This document shows, piece by piece, positions 27,701 to 40,589 of a DNA stretch of 64,000 bases; the stretch's first letter is position 1; each line of letters opens with the position of its first letter. Source of the stretch: Marsupella aquatica (lineage: Eukaryota; Plantae; Marchantiophyta); NCBI GenBank assembly GCA_973895155.1, contig OZ316896.1, positions 11,026,795 to 11,090,794 of the forward strand. The letters run 5' to 3'. Position numbers and translations under genes: made by a program. The notes beneath the pieces were generated by a model. The model was not told the DNA's origin and did not search any database. It worked only from the letters and a program-made list of their open reading frames with translations.

Positions 27701-28697
27701 GTGCATTGTCCTTTCTCTGGGAAGCTGGTCGTAGGTATCTTTTTTCTTTACGTTACGTTGCTCTTTGTGTTGTTTCGCTTTGGGGTTTTGGAGGCCGTCC
27801 TTCCCCATAGCGCCGCAGCCGGTCCTAGTTATGTCGGAAGAGTCCGGCAGCAAGGACTTCAGTAACAAGGACGAGACCTTTCTCCTTATCAAGTTTTGGG
27901 TCGATGTGGTTGTCAGCTATGAAGACCTTCCTTTCTTCTTTCAGTTCAATACACTTGCGTCTGACTTTGACTCAACGCAAGGTCTTATCTGCCCGCCTAC
28001 TGATCACGTGGTCTGTAGTCCCCGTGGTAGTGCCGTGGAACATCCTATTGTCCGGTGTTACGGGAAAATGCAGGCTCAGAACCTTTCGTACCTCTATTCT
28101 GAAGTAGATGCACGTTGTCTTTCCCTTTCAGAGCAAATCCTCTATATGCCCTTCTATTGGGAGCAATTCGGAAGCTTCGACCATCCTCTACCTCTTCTCG
28201 GGATTGCGCGCTTTAGAAGTGGAGTGTAAGGACTCATTATCGAATTAGCCACGAGAGCAAATCAATTCCTACCTTCGGATCCATTGCCTGAAAGTTTTTC
28301 TATCAGAAGTCCCCCTGAATCGAACTCGAGCTAAACTTTCCTGGGTCCTTCGCTACATATTGGTTTTGATACTGAGCGTCACTCTGCACCGCAGAAATAC
28401 GTTGTACTTGAGAATGTTTTGATGCGGCAGTTTCATTTGGTAATCCTTTCTGGTGAACTGTCTTGTGGAGCAGGGTCTCAACGTTAGTAAGGGGCAGAAG
28501 GATGACTAGCAGAATCAGGATCACATAAATCAGTAGGAATATTGCTCTCATCGGTGGATTACCGGAGTAGCCACGGAACGGTGTCCTTACAGACGCCGGA
28601 AGCGGAAGCTGTTTGCTCTTAGGAGAACCTCGTTCCTCTTTATGTGGCAGCTATTCAATGTTACGGGACAGATAGGGTCTTTGGACAGATAGACAGC

Positions 28698-31600
28698 ATG
28701 GCGAAGAAGGGTAAGAAGAATCGGGGAGGTATTGAAGACGGAGGAGCCGCAGTGACTCTGTTGTCCCTCAGCAATATTGCTAAAGGGGTGCCTTCCACAG
28801 CTGAAGGGCTGGATGACGTTGTTGATAGGAATGTGCCAGGGGATGATTCCGATGCCTGCAGCCCACCCGAGGTTCCTGACTTGTGTATACCTCCGTTGAA
28901 GAAGCAAAAGAAGAAGACGCGAAAGAGTAGTGACACTGTTAACGTGGGGCATAGCGTTGAAGAAAATGGGGAGAAAAAACGGAAGAAGCGAAAGAGCAGT
29001 AGTGACACTATCGACGCGGGGCTAAGTGTTGAAGAGAAAAAGGAGAAGAAAAGGAAGAAGCGAAAGAGCAGTATTGACACTGTCGACGCGGGTCTATGTG
29101 GTGAAGACAAAAAGGAGAAGAAAGGGAAGAAACGAAAGAGCAGTATTGACACTCTTCACTCGGGCCTAAACTGTGAAGGAGAAGAAGAGACGAAAAAGGG
29201 AAACAGTAGCAGCGACACTGTTGACGCGTGGCTTTGTAGTTTAGAAGAAAAAGAGAAGAAGAAGCGAAGGAGCTCTGGTGACGCTGGTGACGGAGGGCTA
29301 ACTGGTGAAATGAAAATGGAGAAGAGGAAAAATAAGAAGACGAAGAAGGCTAAAGCTGGGAGCAGCGATGTCGAATTGAAAACTGCTAGTGGAGGGGAAT
29401 CGAATGGGGGTTTTGTTGCCGATGGTGGTGAGGTGAAACAAGATGTGTCAACTGGCCTGTCGGAGGGCTCTGGCGTTGTACGAAAGAAGAAAAAGAAGAG
29501 AGACCGTGCAAGTGATGATGCTGGGTTGAATGTTGTTAACGGTAATCTTGCAGGGACAACTAAATTAAATGAGGGGATTAGTGATGGTGCAGTGGTAGTG
29601 AGCAGAAGGAAAAAAACTGTCAGATTTCAGGAGCCATCTCAGATTGTTCCCGCTGAAGATGTTCCGGACGAAAATGTTTTCCCTGAAAATGTCCCTCTTG
29701 TGCTTCGTGAGAACATGGAGGGTGATATTGCATACTTTTCTGAAGATCGCAATTGGAAGAAGGACTTGAAAAGACCGGGCCTTCTTTATGGAAAATTTAC
29801 GGAAGAAGAAGACGAAAAGATAAGAGCTAGCGTCTTTAATTACATCAAGGTTGGCAGATTTATTTACCCTTTCACAGAAATATGTTGGGGTCGAACATTG
29901 GAGAAGTTGGCTTCACAGTTGATTCCGGGATCTCCGGTAGCTAGGAACTCAAAATTCGGCAAAACGAAACAATTGGATGCTGCTCATGTTTGTGTATGTT
30001 AGATGCTGTTTACGTCATCCAGTAGTCACTGTCTAACTCGTACAGTTTGGACTTCAATCTCTTCGTTCTTCGGTCTTTTGCGTAGTGTGTACGAGGCATA
30101 GCTCCACTGAGATCTTACTATCTCCTTGTATTTCTGCGTGTGTGTGGGATGTGGAGGGGGGGAGGTGGGGGTTGCTGCTGCCAGAAAAGTTGATCTTTCC
30201 TAATTCTGTATTCTTTATTCAGATGCGTGGATGGAAAGAGGAAGGACTGCAGATAATATTACACTCCTCCCAGCATGCAGCTATTGCTCGTGGTTGCTGG
30301 TTAGAAATTGGTGAGTATCAGCGGAAAACAATGTAATGACAAGCCACCCCCATTTAGGTGTTGGGTCAGTAACCGCTTATTTTGTCTTTTGACGACTTTT
30401 GCCCAGTGGAATATCTGTCAAGGTTCTTGACACGAGGTTTTTTGTTTCTGGATTTCTTTGTGTGCACAGCAAAGTGTTTGCCCACTCGACCTGTCAAACA
30501 AATCCACTCGAGGGCAATGCGCCTCCTTGGAGGTCACAAACGAGGAAAATGGTCAGCCGAAGAGCTTGAGGTGCTCAAGAAGTATGCACACATTCTCTAT
30601 GCCCTCATTGATGTACCGTTGCTGTCTTGTTTCTGTTAATTCTCTGTTGTTAGACACTTTCCTACGCGCGCTTGGCTACCAGAATAATGTTAGGTATTGA
30701 TCTCGAATGGTTTAGGTTGTATTTGTCCCCGCCAATGACACTTTTGGAACGTTTCATGTGAAGCCTCCAGAAAATACATGGTAACAATTGGATAAAGATT
30801 GCGTCACACATGGATCGATCTGCAGACGTCATCAAAGACAGGTGGCGCCATTTGAAAATGTGTCCCACTCGTATAACAGGTACCTAACAGGCATGCTCAA
30901 CTTGAACTGCAAAATGTAATTTAGTGTTGCAGCCACGAGCTTCAGCTTCGAAGAACATTGAAGAAACTGGGAAACTTTTGTGTGTACTTCCCAGACGTTT
31001 GTACAAGTAATTATACTCGCCGCTTTTCTGTATCAGGACCTTGGGAACAAAGTGAGCTTGATATGCTTTGCAAATTGGTGCGACGAAGTCTAAAAGTTAA
31101 AGCATCTATTCCTTCCAAAGACAATGATCGGCGTGAGGTATATTTTCACAATAGTACAGCTCTTCCTCAAGGCTTTCCTTAACCGAAACTTCGTCTGTTT
31201 GAGTGATTGTCATGTGTGGTGCGGGAGTTTCTCCATGTTCTTGCTGGTCGCGTAAGATACTATCCGAATTCAGCATAGCGGTTGATTTTGGTCAGAATTC
31301 GCTGCGGCGGGCGCAAATGTAATTTGCGATCATGTGAGGAAATCACTAACCGTGCATTATCCAACAGATTCGTGATGACTTAAGCTGGGAATACATCTCT
31401 GAGCAAATGCAACGTGACTCAAGCGTATGTGCAGACGTTTGGTATAGTCCTCTTTTATACCACCTTTAAGTTGATGGGCAGAGTTTCTTGTGCTCCATGG
31501 TGGTATGTCTGTTTGTATGTGTTTCCTCCTAGTGAAGAACCAGTCACTTGTATGCTGCGGCCTTCAGTTGCGGCTTCCAGTTTCACAAGACTGGCTCAGA

Positions 31601-32464
31601 TATCCTTGGATGGTTTTAACTTATACGTTGGAGTGGTAAGAATCTTTTTTTCAGTTGCTTCGGGTTTGAAAGTTGGAGTTGTAAGAATCTCTTTTTCAGT
31701 TGCTTGAGGCGTTGTGAATACTGTAGGTACAATAGGCTGGCTTCACCAATGATCTCCGCGAAGAAGTGGGCTAACGGAGATGACCGCCTGTTGTTGCAGA
31801 GGTCTGTATCTGATTTGGTACCGTTCATTGAACTGTTTGCCCTCAGGCTCTTATTGTGAAACGTTTGGATTGTTTGTCGGTTTTTCTCCACTGCTACAGA
31901 GGTTTCGTGGCTAGAAGCTACAAGGCGATTCTATCAATAGTACAGCCATTGCAACTTCTATATACTATTGTAACAATATATTATAATATTGTAAGCTAGA
32001 AGTTACAAGGCGATTCTAAACTTGTTCTATACCCTGGTCAGACTAATGGAGCTCGGTGCATCATCTGAAGAGGCCTTGGATTGGGAAACCGTCCTTGATC
32101 ACAGGTTTGATTGGACATCTATTTTCTCAAGGACGTGTAAATTATGCATTTCGGCATTGTTGTCAGGAAGATGGAAGTGGAATGTCACTGTAATCATGCC
32201 ATTATGTTAAACAGGAAAGAATGTTAATGTCTTGTCTCACGACTTTTTCAGATGTAGGTCATAAGTTGGTGCACTATCAATCTGTTTGACATAGTTAGGT
32301 ACTGGTATGGTTGCCATTGCAGAGAAGGAGAACTTTGCGCAGAAAGATGGAAGGAGATGACAAGGCTTTTAGGAAAGAGCGATCATGTGTCATTTGAAGA
32401 CAAGTTGGAGCTTTTGGCAAAGCGGTATGCCCCAGATTTGGTGGGAATTGAAGAAGAGGTTTAG
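28698..32464 (+). CDS. Myb/SANT-repeat protein of the TTF1/Reb1/DMTF1 type (RNA Pol I termination factor-like), 9 exons
   Basis: Exons 28698-29849, 30223-30310, 30470-30581, 30764-30879, 31037-31137, 31368-31441, 31727-31801, 32042-32104 and 32323-32464. A Lys-rich N-terminus is followed by GKFTEEEDEKIRASVFNYI, CWLEIA..LPTRP, GKWSAEEL, HGNNWIKIA...KDRWR, GPWEQSE, RDDLSWEYISE, WANGDDRLL, WKEM and LAKRYAPDL. Confidence 0.88.
28900..29300 (+). repeat. Internal ~23-aa coding repeats (KKRKSSxDTVDAGL..EE) in the Myb protein N-terminus
   Basis: Five to six degenerate units are visible in the translation of 28644..30002. Confidence 0.75.
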
Positions 32465-35400
32465 TTGGCGGTTCCCTGTATTTTATTCCCACGTGCAGAC
32501 CCAGACAAAACGCTCTGCTTCTGGGCGATGTATAAAGTTATAGGTTCTTTGGGTACTTCTAGCGAGCTACCGTGCTTCGCCTTTTGGCTCCCTGATGGAG
32601 CCGAGAGCAGCCATATGCTATGTTTTGAGCATACAACATGCGGGTAACATGTCCATGGTGTTAAAGAAGTATTTTTATGGTGCGAACTTGTCAGATGACT
32701 TGGGACTTGGAAGTAACATTGTCCTATCACTCGCCATGACGCACACATGCTGCAGTATGCTACAGAATGGAACGTGGTTCGATTAAGGCAACATTGTTGT
32801 GATTGTTTAATGCATGCACAAGTAGGCTGTCCCTCTGGAAGGTGAATTCAAGTGTAATACTATTTTGAGGAATACCACGGATCTCTTGAAAGCGAACCTC
32901 ACACCTTACAAACCCATAATTTACGGAGTTTCTCAAAGGTAAGTGACGACTCCTTACCGCATGCGAATGAATCACAGTGAGGAGAAGACCATTTATCAAC
33001 TTGGAGTATGACAAGCTTGCAACGGAGTTAGACTATTTACTAAGGATCGTCAATTCTGTCGTTAAATTCCTGGTGATGGGAGAATGGGAATCGCAAAGAA
33101 GTGGTTTACTTACTCGGGATAGTCACATTGTAGGTCCAGTCTGTGACTATCCCGAGTAAGTGCAAAGAAGCAGAGGTTTCAAGGGCAATGTACGGCGTTA
33201 ATGGCAAAAATAACTCACAAGCAAGATTGATCGTTACGAGTCTATTGTGTCACCAAATGAAGATGTAGCAGAGATGTACTGTCGAAACAATGTACCTGCA
33301 TTCTTCACGACGTCCGCGAAAATTGAAAGTTAACGAGGAAACCATAGGGTCCTAATTATTTGAAGTTTGCAGGAACATACGTCTCTATGAAGATGAACAC
33401 ACCTGATCGTCATTGGAGAAGGGGAGTTAATAACTACGTAAGTTGTGGAGTGATTCTAGCACTGATGAGAACGAGTTTGAACTCTGAACCCCAAAGGTTC
33501 TCATCAAGAAAGGGGTAATGAATAGAAGGTCTAAACCCTGCTCACATGTCTTCGACCTATCCATGTTCCTTTCGACCAGTCAACTCTGTTGAAGACTGGC
33601 CCAGGATTGAAGTTTGGAACACTTTTCAACCAACGATACTTGGAATGGCGATTCGAATTGCGCTCGTGTACGCCACATGCCAAACCAAGCAAAAAGTAGT
33701 ATCAGACAATCGCCATTTGCTGAAAGCCCTTTTGAATTTTGAGCCTTGGGAAAGGGAATGGAGTATGATCGTTATTGTAGACTAGCAAGCCGAATTTCTG
33801 GTCGTACTTCCCGGGTGCACTTGATCATCATCACGAACTTTGTTGTGATTCTGGAATTTTATTGTGCTTCAGTGCAACATCCCAACCCCGCCAACAAAAA
33901 CGAGCTAGCTGAGGTTCTCCACCGGTATGAAGTACCTTACTTTTCAATACAATCATTGTTGGCTCCACTCCCACCAGTAATCCCCAACTGAGAAATATGA
34001 ATTTCTAGATATTTTCAAGCCCTTTGGCCCCATACTCTCCTTTGTTTTGTCGTGGAGACTTTAAAAATTTATCATTTCATTTTTTTCTACTCGTGCCACC
34101 TTCGGCCCTCTGGCATATTGCTCAGCCGAAGTCTGGTATGATTCATCTGTAATAGGTAGAACTCATTTTACGTCACCCGAACCGTACATGCTAGTTTTGC
34201 ATCCTCAAAACGTTACAGAACAGGTATTTGGGTGGCCTGCGTAGGCCTACAATTACTAGTCTTCGGGCATTGGCCTCCCTCTGGAGGGGGGGTGTAAGAG
34301 TCCGCGGGGCCTCAAAGTAAACTTCTTCTTTGCTAGCATCAGTTTCATTATGCTAGTAAAGAGGACTAGAAAAAGAAATATGTTACTGCTGCTCTACCAA
34401 AGGGACGCTGTAGGTGTCCGATGGTCCGACTTCAAATTTGCCTTTGTTGTTTTGAAGTCCTGTTAACCACCAGCCGGCTTGCCACTTTTCTTTCAAGTTG
34501 CGCTGAGGCGGTCTTTTGAACATACAATGCCAATAGGTGAGTGAAAAAGTATTTCCTCCATCGCCGCTCGAAGGTTGGAAGCATTTCGCATTGAAGGATA
34601 GGAGGTTAGCGGCGTAACAGATCGTCTTGACTCCTCCCAAGTCCGCTGCAAAGAAGAGGATTGGCTAATTCTGGACATACTTCTTAGTGGATGATGCTCG
34701 TCCACGAACACGGATCTCTCCAACCCCCAACGTCAGACAAGCTTTTTCTCCTGTTTTAGCAGCTAGCTCTGCATATCATGCGTGTATCATAGCTCTTGAA
34801 TATCATTGCTAAGTGTGATGACCGTGAGGCCATTTAACCTGATGATAAGGGCTTCGCTATGCGACGGGGTGTAGGTCCCCAATTCATATCCTCTGTGTGA
34901 CTATGGGCGGCTGGGGTGACTGAAGATCATGCATATACACAAAACAAGTTTATGACAACAAAATATCAAATAGAGGAATTGGATGCAAAGATTACTAGAC
35001 TAGCTCGGTCCTCAAGAATACAGAATTGTCGGGTTTTGGCATTAAGAATGGAGCCTCAAGATCATGTAGAATTTTATTGCTAATCTTCGTAGTTGATTGA
35101 CTGCTCAAGGGAAGCAGTTTCTAGTTCAACTCTTCCTCCTCCTTGTTAGGTCCCATCAAGAATCTCAGACGACATTGAATTCTCCGGCCACAAGAGAAAA
35201 TCGATACGGTGTGGGATTTACATTCTGAGTGTTGGTGGCGCCTTAAACATTGGGATCTTAGTCTTAAGGGTCAACAGGTTTTAAAATGTACGAATTCCGG
35301 TGTAATGGAGAACAACCATCCAATCGAACACCTCGTTTGGATAATTAAAATTTTGTGTTCCTTTGACGAGGACAATCTAATTTCTTCACTCATGGTGATA

Positions 35401-36071
35401 CAGGTGGTGCAATGGGCTCAGGTTCCCAGGTTCCTGTGATTGCAAAGTTGAGAACCGCTGGTTAGACTAGTTTGTCCACCTATCCCGTTCCCTACGCCTA
35501 TGTGCACACCAATTGGAAAATACGCCTTCCCACGCTGATCGTGAAACTTTTCTCGAAAGAACAGGTCGCAGTCGCATTGTAACAACGTTACGGGATTACA
35601 CGGAGAATAATTCAAAGGGCAGAGACTTTGCGTTAAGGGAGTGTTCGCAATTGATTGCCCCACACTTGTGTGCATACAATTGACAACAGAGTACAAGGGA
35701 TTTAAGTAACCTCTTTGGCCAGTATGTCCTTCACCCTCGCTTTTGCAGGGATACTATATTTTCACTTACGTAACGTTGACTCCACAAATCAAGACGACGT
35801 TTACACGTCAAGGCTAAAGGCCGAGTCTGTACTTCTGGGGAAGGCAAATACTCCTCCCTGTTATGCTCCCAAGTCTTCGAGAGCTGGGCAGAGGTTCCGT
35901 ATTTAACAAGTGAAAAATCAATCCTAAACGGATTGAGATCAGAAGATTAAGGTTCCACTTGTGTACAGAAGAAATTAGACCCCAACATGCGCGTCGTTTG
36001 AAATAAGGCGAATCCAGGGAACCTGACTTGTTACTGAAATTACTCCAGGAGCTTCTACCAAAGGTCAAGAC

Positions 36072-37534
36072 TCAACAGAACCCCGGCTGCACCCAAGGAA
36101 ACTCCTCACAGTAACCCTGGATTTTACAAGACTGTCGGCATGTGTATACAGCAATTGTCCCCCAATCGAGCGAGTCAGGATTGTCTTGAACACCGAAAAA
36201 GTAGAGCAATTGCGGCAAGATTTGAAACTCGAAAGTCCTTTGACTGCCGCAGAGGGAACAAATAGGTATGTCAGAAAGCTTAGGCAGTCCATCGAGTTTT
36301 GGCCACAAAGGTTTTGCATCAGCTGACCTGAGGTACCAAAGAACTTGCTCTGGCGACCTAGAAATCTTGGCTTGGAACAAGGCCCATTGCTGCTCTTCTG
36401 CAGATGACTCTTCAACCCCTCGAACGTCCTTAGCTGAGAAATCCCTCCCTTGCCTTCTTCGACTCTCGTAATCTGCCAATAATCTCCCTGTTCCAGTCCC
36501 TGAGTTCGGGTTGTCATCTAAACCATCATCATCCTCTTCGCCCTCATCAACGATCAGCTCAAATTCAGGCCATAAATTCCTAGGAAAGGCTACGCTGGGA
36601 GTTTCTGCATCGCTGCTGGGAATTCCTTCCACGGCGTCAGGTGAAACTCTCTTCAGCTTCTCTTGCACTCGACGACAGTATGGCGCATGATCTCCTTTCC
36701 AATGATCTAACTGGTGCAACTGGGAGCAATATCGAGTCTGTTTACAGCCACCGCAAATTTTATCCCCCTTCCAGGTTCCGCACCAACTACAAAGGGGAGC
36801 GCCTTCGCTTAGCGGAGGCTCAATGACCTCACGGTTTAGAGGGCTGGATGAATAGAAGGGATTGTCACGAGGGAGTTGACTGCGGAAAACCTTCACACTT
36901 CTCAAACGCTTTCCCTTTTTACGTTGCTGCAGTTCATCCTGTTGTAAGCACGCCAAACTAGTGCAAATGAACACGAATAGGGTTCTGTGAAAGGCGTCGT
37001 CATCGTCTTCAGGGGAGGAGGCATAAACCTGAATAACAAACGGCCCCCAAATGGCGTAAGCTATGCTTTCTCGCTTCAAATCATGACACAGAAATACAAA
37101 AACGAGTAAAACACAAGGAGAGCCAAACAGGGAATAGATAATTCCAAGTCCATCAGGAGCCGCTTGAGCTGAGGAAACTTAACCTGTAGGACAAATTGCA
37201 ACGGTTTATCACAAATTCCGCAAAGCATGTGCTCTCCCTTGGGCAAATTCAAGGGATCCAACCAAGCCGGACAGCCGCCGACCTTGCTCGGGAAATACTG
37301 GCGAAACATCTTCCATGGTTTCTCTGGCTTCTCAACGAAGCCTCTCACTCCGCCATCGCCCCACGTAGCATCTTCGTCATCGTCATCGTTGTCCCCAACA
37401 TCATCATCCGCAACAATACTACTCACAATCTCCAAGACACCAATCCCTTCTGCAACGCTATTCTCGAGCGCGTCTTCTTCCCTGCATTCCTCCTCGTTCC
37501 CCTCTTCATCCGAATGCTCTTCAATCACAGCCAT
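36072..37534 (-). CDS. PDCD2: Programmed cell death protein 2 (zf-MYND + PDCD2_C), 2 exons
   Basis: Exon 37534-37184 (FPSKVGGCPAWLDP...CGICDKPLQFVLQ) splices to exon 37028-36072 (VYA...FHRTLFVFIC, MYND finger CSWCGTWKGDKICGGCKQTRYCSQLHQLDHW, CSLCGSQRTFEFQILPQLL...DWGTIAVYTC...EEFPWVQ). Confidence 0.93.
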
Positions 37535-37877
37535 TACTGCCTTCAAAGCAAAGTGAGGGCCTAACAAAGTGTTGTCCGTCCGTCTGTCCGCAGGGAGAAA
37601 TTGGACGGGGCAAAGGGAAGAAATCAGGGGGATTCTTAATTTTTGTCAGTTGCTTTTTAGACTGTGGGAAGGGGGAATCCCGGCTGCCGCACAGACATTT
37701 AAGTGATCTAACCGGGAGTCCCAATTGCCGCACAGACATTCAAGTGAACTGCGGGAGCCGTCAATGCAGAAATTCAAGTACGTCAAATTCAAAAATCACT
37801 GATAGCTTGAAAAGCCCGTGCGCAGACCGAGTGTTTGTACAGCAAAGATTTCTGTGCAGAGTGTCGACAAAATGCTT

Positions 37878-37886
37878 AAACCCTAA
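37878..37886. promoter_or_regulatory. Telo-box (AAACCCTAA) upstream of PDCD2
   Basis: Exact motif about 340 bp upstream of the ATG. Telo-boxes are common in plant translation and ribosome-biogenesis promoters, and PDCD2 is a uS5 chaperone. A single 9-mer could be chance. Confidence 0.35.
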
Positions 37887-38099
37887 TGTAGCAGAGAAAG
37901 AAACCCGAGACAGAGTGAGCATATCAAGCTAAGATTTCTTTGCGTGAGCTTGAGAAAATGCTTCCACCTGATTGAGGGAGACTTTAACGAGACAGTGTTC
38001 ACTGATAGAGCTCAGATTGCTGCACTGGGCTTCAACAAATGTTTCCACCTAGTGTTGTACTTGCAAACCTTTAGGGTATGTCATGATGGAGTAGCTAAA

Positions 38100-38560
38100 T
38101 GTGTTACCACCCAGGGTTGGGTTTCCTGACAGGTCTTCTCTCGTGCTACCACCCAGGGATGGGTTTCCTGACAAGTCTTCTCTCGTGCTGGAGTTAGGGC
38201 CCTTGGGGATGTGGTTGTGCTTGACCCTACAGGTGGGGCTAATGTGGCATCAGCAGCTCATATTCAAAGACATGTTGTTGCACGGGCTGCCCGCCTTAAG
38301 GAGGCTTATGTTGTGCGTTACCCAAGGGACCTTTTCTACCCGTTTGCAGTAGAGGTCTTCGGTACACTGCACCCAACATTTGACTCTCTTGCGTTCTTGT
38401 GCGGTTCATTATGTCGAGCGGAGGCCTTACCCCATGGTGTCTATTATCACAGCCTTTTTTAGACAACGGGTGCCTATTGCTCTGCAGAGGGCACAGGCCT
38501 TCAGTATTCTTCGTAGGGGAGAGGTGGTTAGTTTCCGGGCCTCTAATTGGATTCTTTGCT
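38100..38560 (+). mobile_element. 3' fragment of a CRE-clade-like non-LTR retrotransposon (restriction-like endonuclease region), degenerate
   Basis: Across frameshifts it reads DVVVLDPT...AARLKEAY...FYPFAVEVFGTLHP...FRQRVPIALQRAQAFSILRR. This resembles the DV.v.p / K..KY / F.PfavEtfG / svalQRgna pattern at the C-terminus of CRE-type RLE elements. It includes a 42-bp tandem duplication at 38107-38188. Confidence 0.6.
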
Positions 38561-38780
38561 TCACCCTCCAATGCAATTTACAGCTATACCAGACACTTCA
38601 GTGTACCCATAGGTAGGGTGTAAGAGTTAGGTTTTTGGTTCCTTAGGTTTTTGCCCTGGTTCTTTTGGCTTTTTGACCCTTTGCTTTTTCTCCCTTGATT
38701 GGGTTCCTTGCTTGAGGATTTTGTCTTCCGGTTGGGCACTCTTTGCTTTTTGCGGAGTTTTTTGGCAGTTGAAATATATT

Positions 38781-39135
38781 TTTGAGGGTTCAAATATAAT
38801 CCACATGGAGTTTTAAGGCAACTCATTTTGATATTGTTTTCTCACTTTCACTTTTCTCATCTCAACATCTTTTTCTCTCCTCCATATCTTTCCTTGGCAT
38901 ATTTTCCTCGCCTCATTATAAGTTTTTCTCCTTGAGATCTCTTTCTCACCTCAACATCTTTTCTCTCCTCAATATGTTTTCTCACCTCAACATCTTTTCT
39001 CTCCTCAATATGTTTTCTCACCTCAACATATTTTTCTGACCTTGACATCTTTTCCTCTCCTCGACATCCTTTTCTCACCTTGACATGTTTTTCTCGCTTT
39101 GACATCTTTTGTGCAACCCACAGGCATTGGGCTAG
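38781..39135 (+). mobile_element. Helitron-like 3' terminal fragment carrying degenerate ~18/36-bp tandem repeats
   Basis: Ends in GTGCAACCCACAGGCATTGGGCTAG|T, close to the plant Helitron terminus CGTGCAACGCACGGGC...CTAG. The body is made of tttctcacctcaacatctttt-type repeats. Confidence 0.5.
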
Positions 39136-40589
39136 TTGAAATATATTGGACCAAGGCTGGTCATTTGTGACTCAAATTGCGGGAGTATCCCAATACTATT
39201 GTTTGCAATGTGTGAACCGTGAGTGTCCCGATTTTCAGTTGTACAGGGTCCTCTTGCCTACTGCAATGTCATGCAACTAATTAGGGCCTTGTCTTCCACA
39301 CAATAGATGTGAGTGAGATGTTTTCGTACAAACCTGAGATCTTCTCGATCTTGTCATTAGACTAGGACAAAGTTTGAGTTTTTTTATTGTGCAAACCAGG
39401 GATTCAGGAGCTCATGTTTTATTGTGTGCAATCCAGGGGAGGCTCGAGTTTTCTTACCCTTGGCAAGCTTGCTTGCTTCTTTTTGTTGTGCAAATCTCTG
39501 CAAAGCAAGAGCCAAAGCTGCATTTTTAATGTGAAAGATTGAAATTTTCATTTTCTGGTAGGCACAAGAGGGGCAAGTTGAGTTCCTTTGCCCTGGGAAG
39601 CTCACATTTTTGTGGAAGGAAATAGCAATTATTGCGGGAGTTGCCGGTCTTTGTTTGCGCAAAGTTGGGGAAGCATTTTGGCCTGGAGGGAGTAGTGACT
39701 CTCATCAAGGAAGTATGTTGACATCAAGCTCTAAAAGGGCTGCACTACTTGTTCCAAGCCATGGCCATCCATTGTGAATGGGATTGTGAAGCCTTGCACA
39801 ATAAAACTCCTATTGCAAAAGAGAAGGTCCCATAGCAAACAAGAGAGCAGATTCCTAGGGTCCATTTTGTGCTCAATGAGAGGGCACCAAATTTGTATGA
39901 ACGAGCTCTCCTTTGGAGCCTACAAGACTCAGATCGATTAGATTAGGTTAAGATCCGCTTACTTTTAGGTCCACACATCTTAGTTCTCCCTGGGCTGTAT
40001 AGGTTGGAGGGAGAGCATGCTCTCCCTCATATTTCACATATACTCTCATATGTTATGGATTATGCAGTATCACACTAGGGACATAAAATAACATTTAAGA
40101 TCTAAAATACGATATTCGTTCCCATAGAAGAACATATAAAGAATGGTTTTCTATCATTTAACACTTATGAATAACTAAGGTAACAAAAACGTAGATTTGA
40201 GCCTTTTACTATGGTCTCGACTATGGTTGCTCATCAAGGCATAGATTTAAATGTTTGCTTAATATTGTAAATCCAATTAACAAAATGAAATAAATTAACA
40301 AAACCTTGTGTATGATGAGGGAGTCTGGAGAACACCAAGGTAACTTCTCGTCAATACTGTACTTGATGTGATTTAGGTGGTATATCCATAAAAACATTTC
40401 TGAAATGGATTGTTGTACTAGGATGATTACTAAAATGTCATCAACACGTCTCAACTTTTCCTTCCAAATGTACTTAGAAGAAACTAATAATCAATCACTT
40501 TTGCATCCAATTGGTACTTTGTGTCACAAATAAGGAACACCATCATTACCAAATTGAAGTCATAAATCATTGGTAAGTAATCATTCTTA

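Noticed and set aside
27765-28229. 154-aa ORF upstream of the Myb gene
   Set aside because: No recognisable domain. It probably lies in the 5'UTR or an intron, and would need RNA or homology evidence.
34383-34723. Short minus-strand ORFs between the Myb gene and PDCD2
   Set aside because: Interrupted by stops and not assignable to a family.
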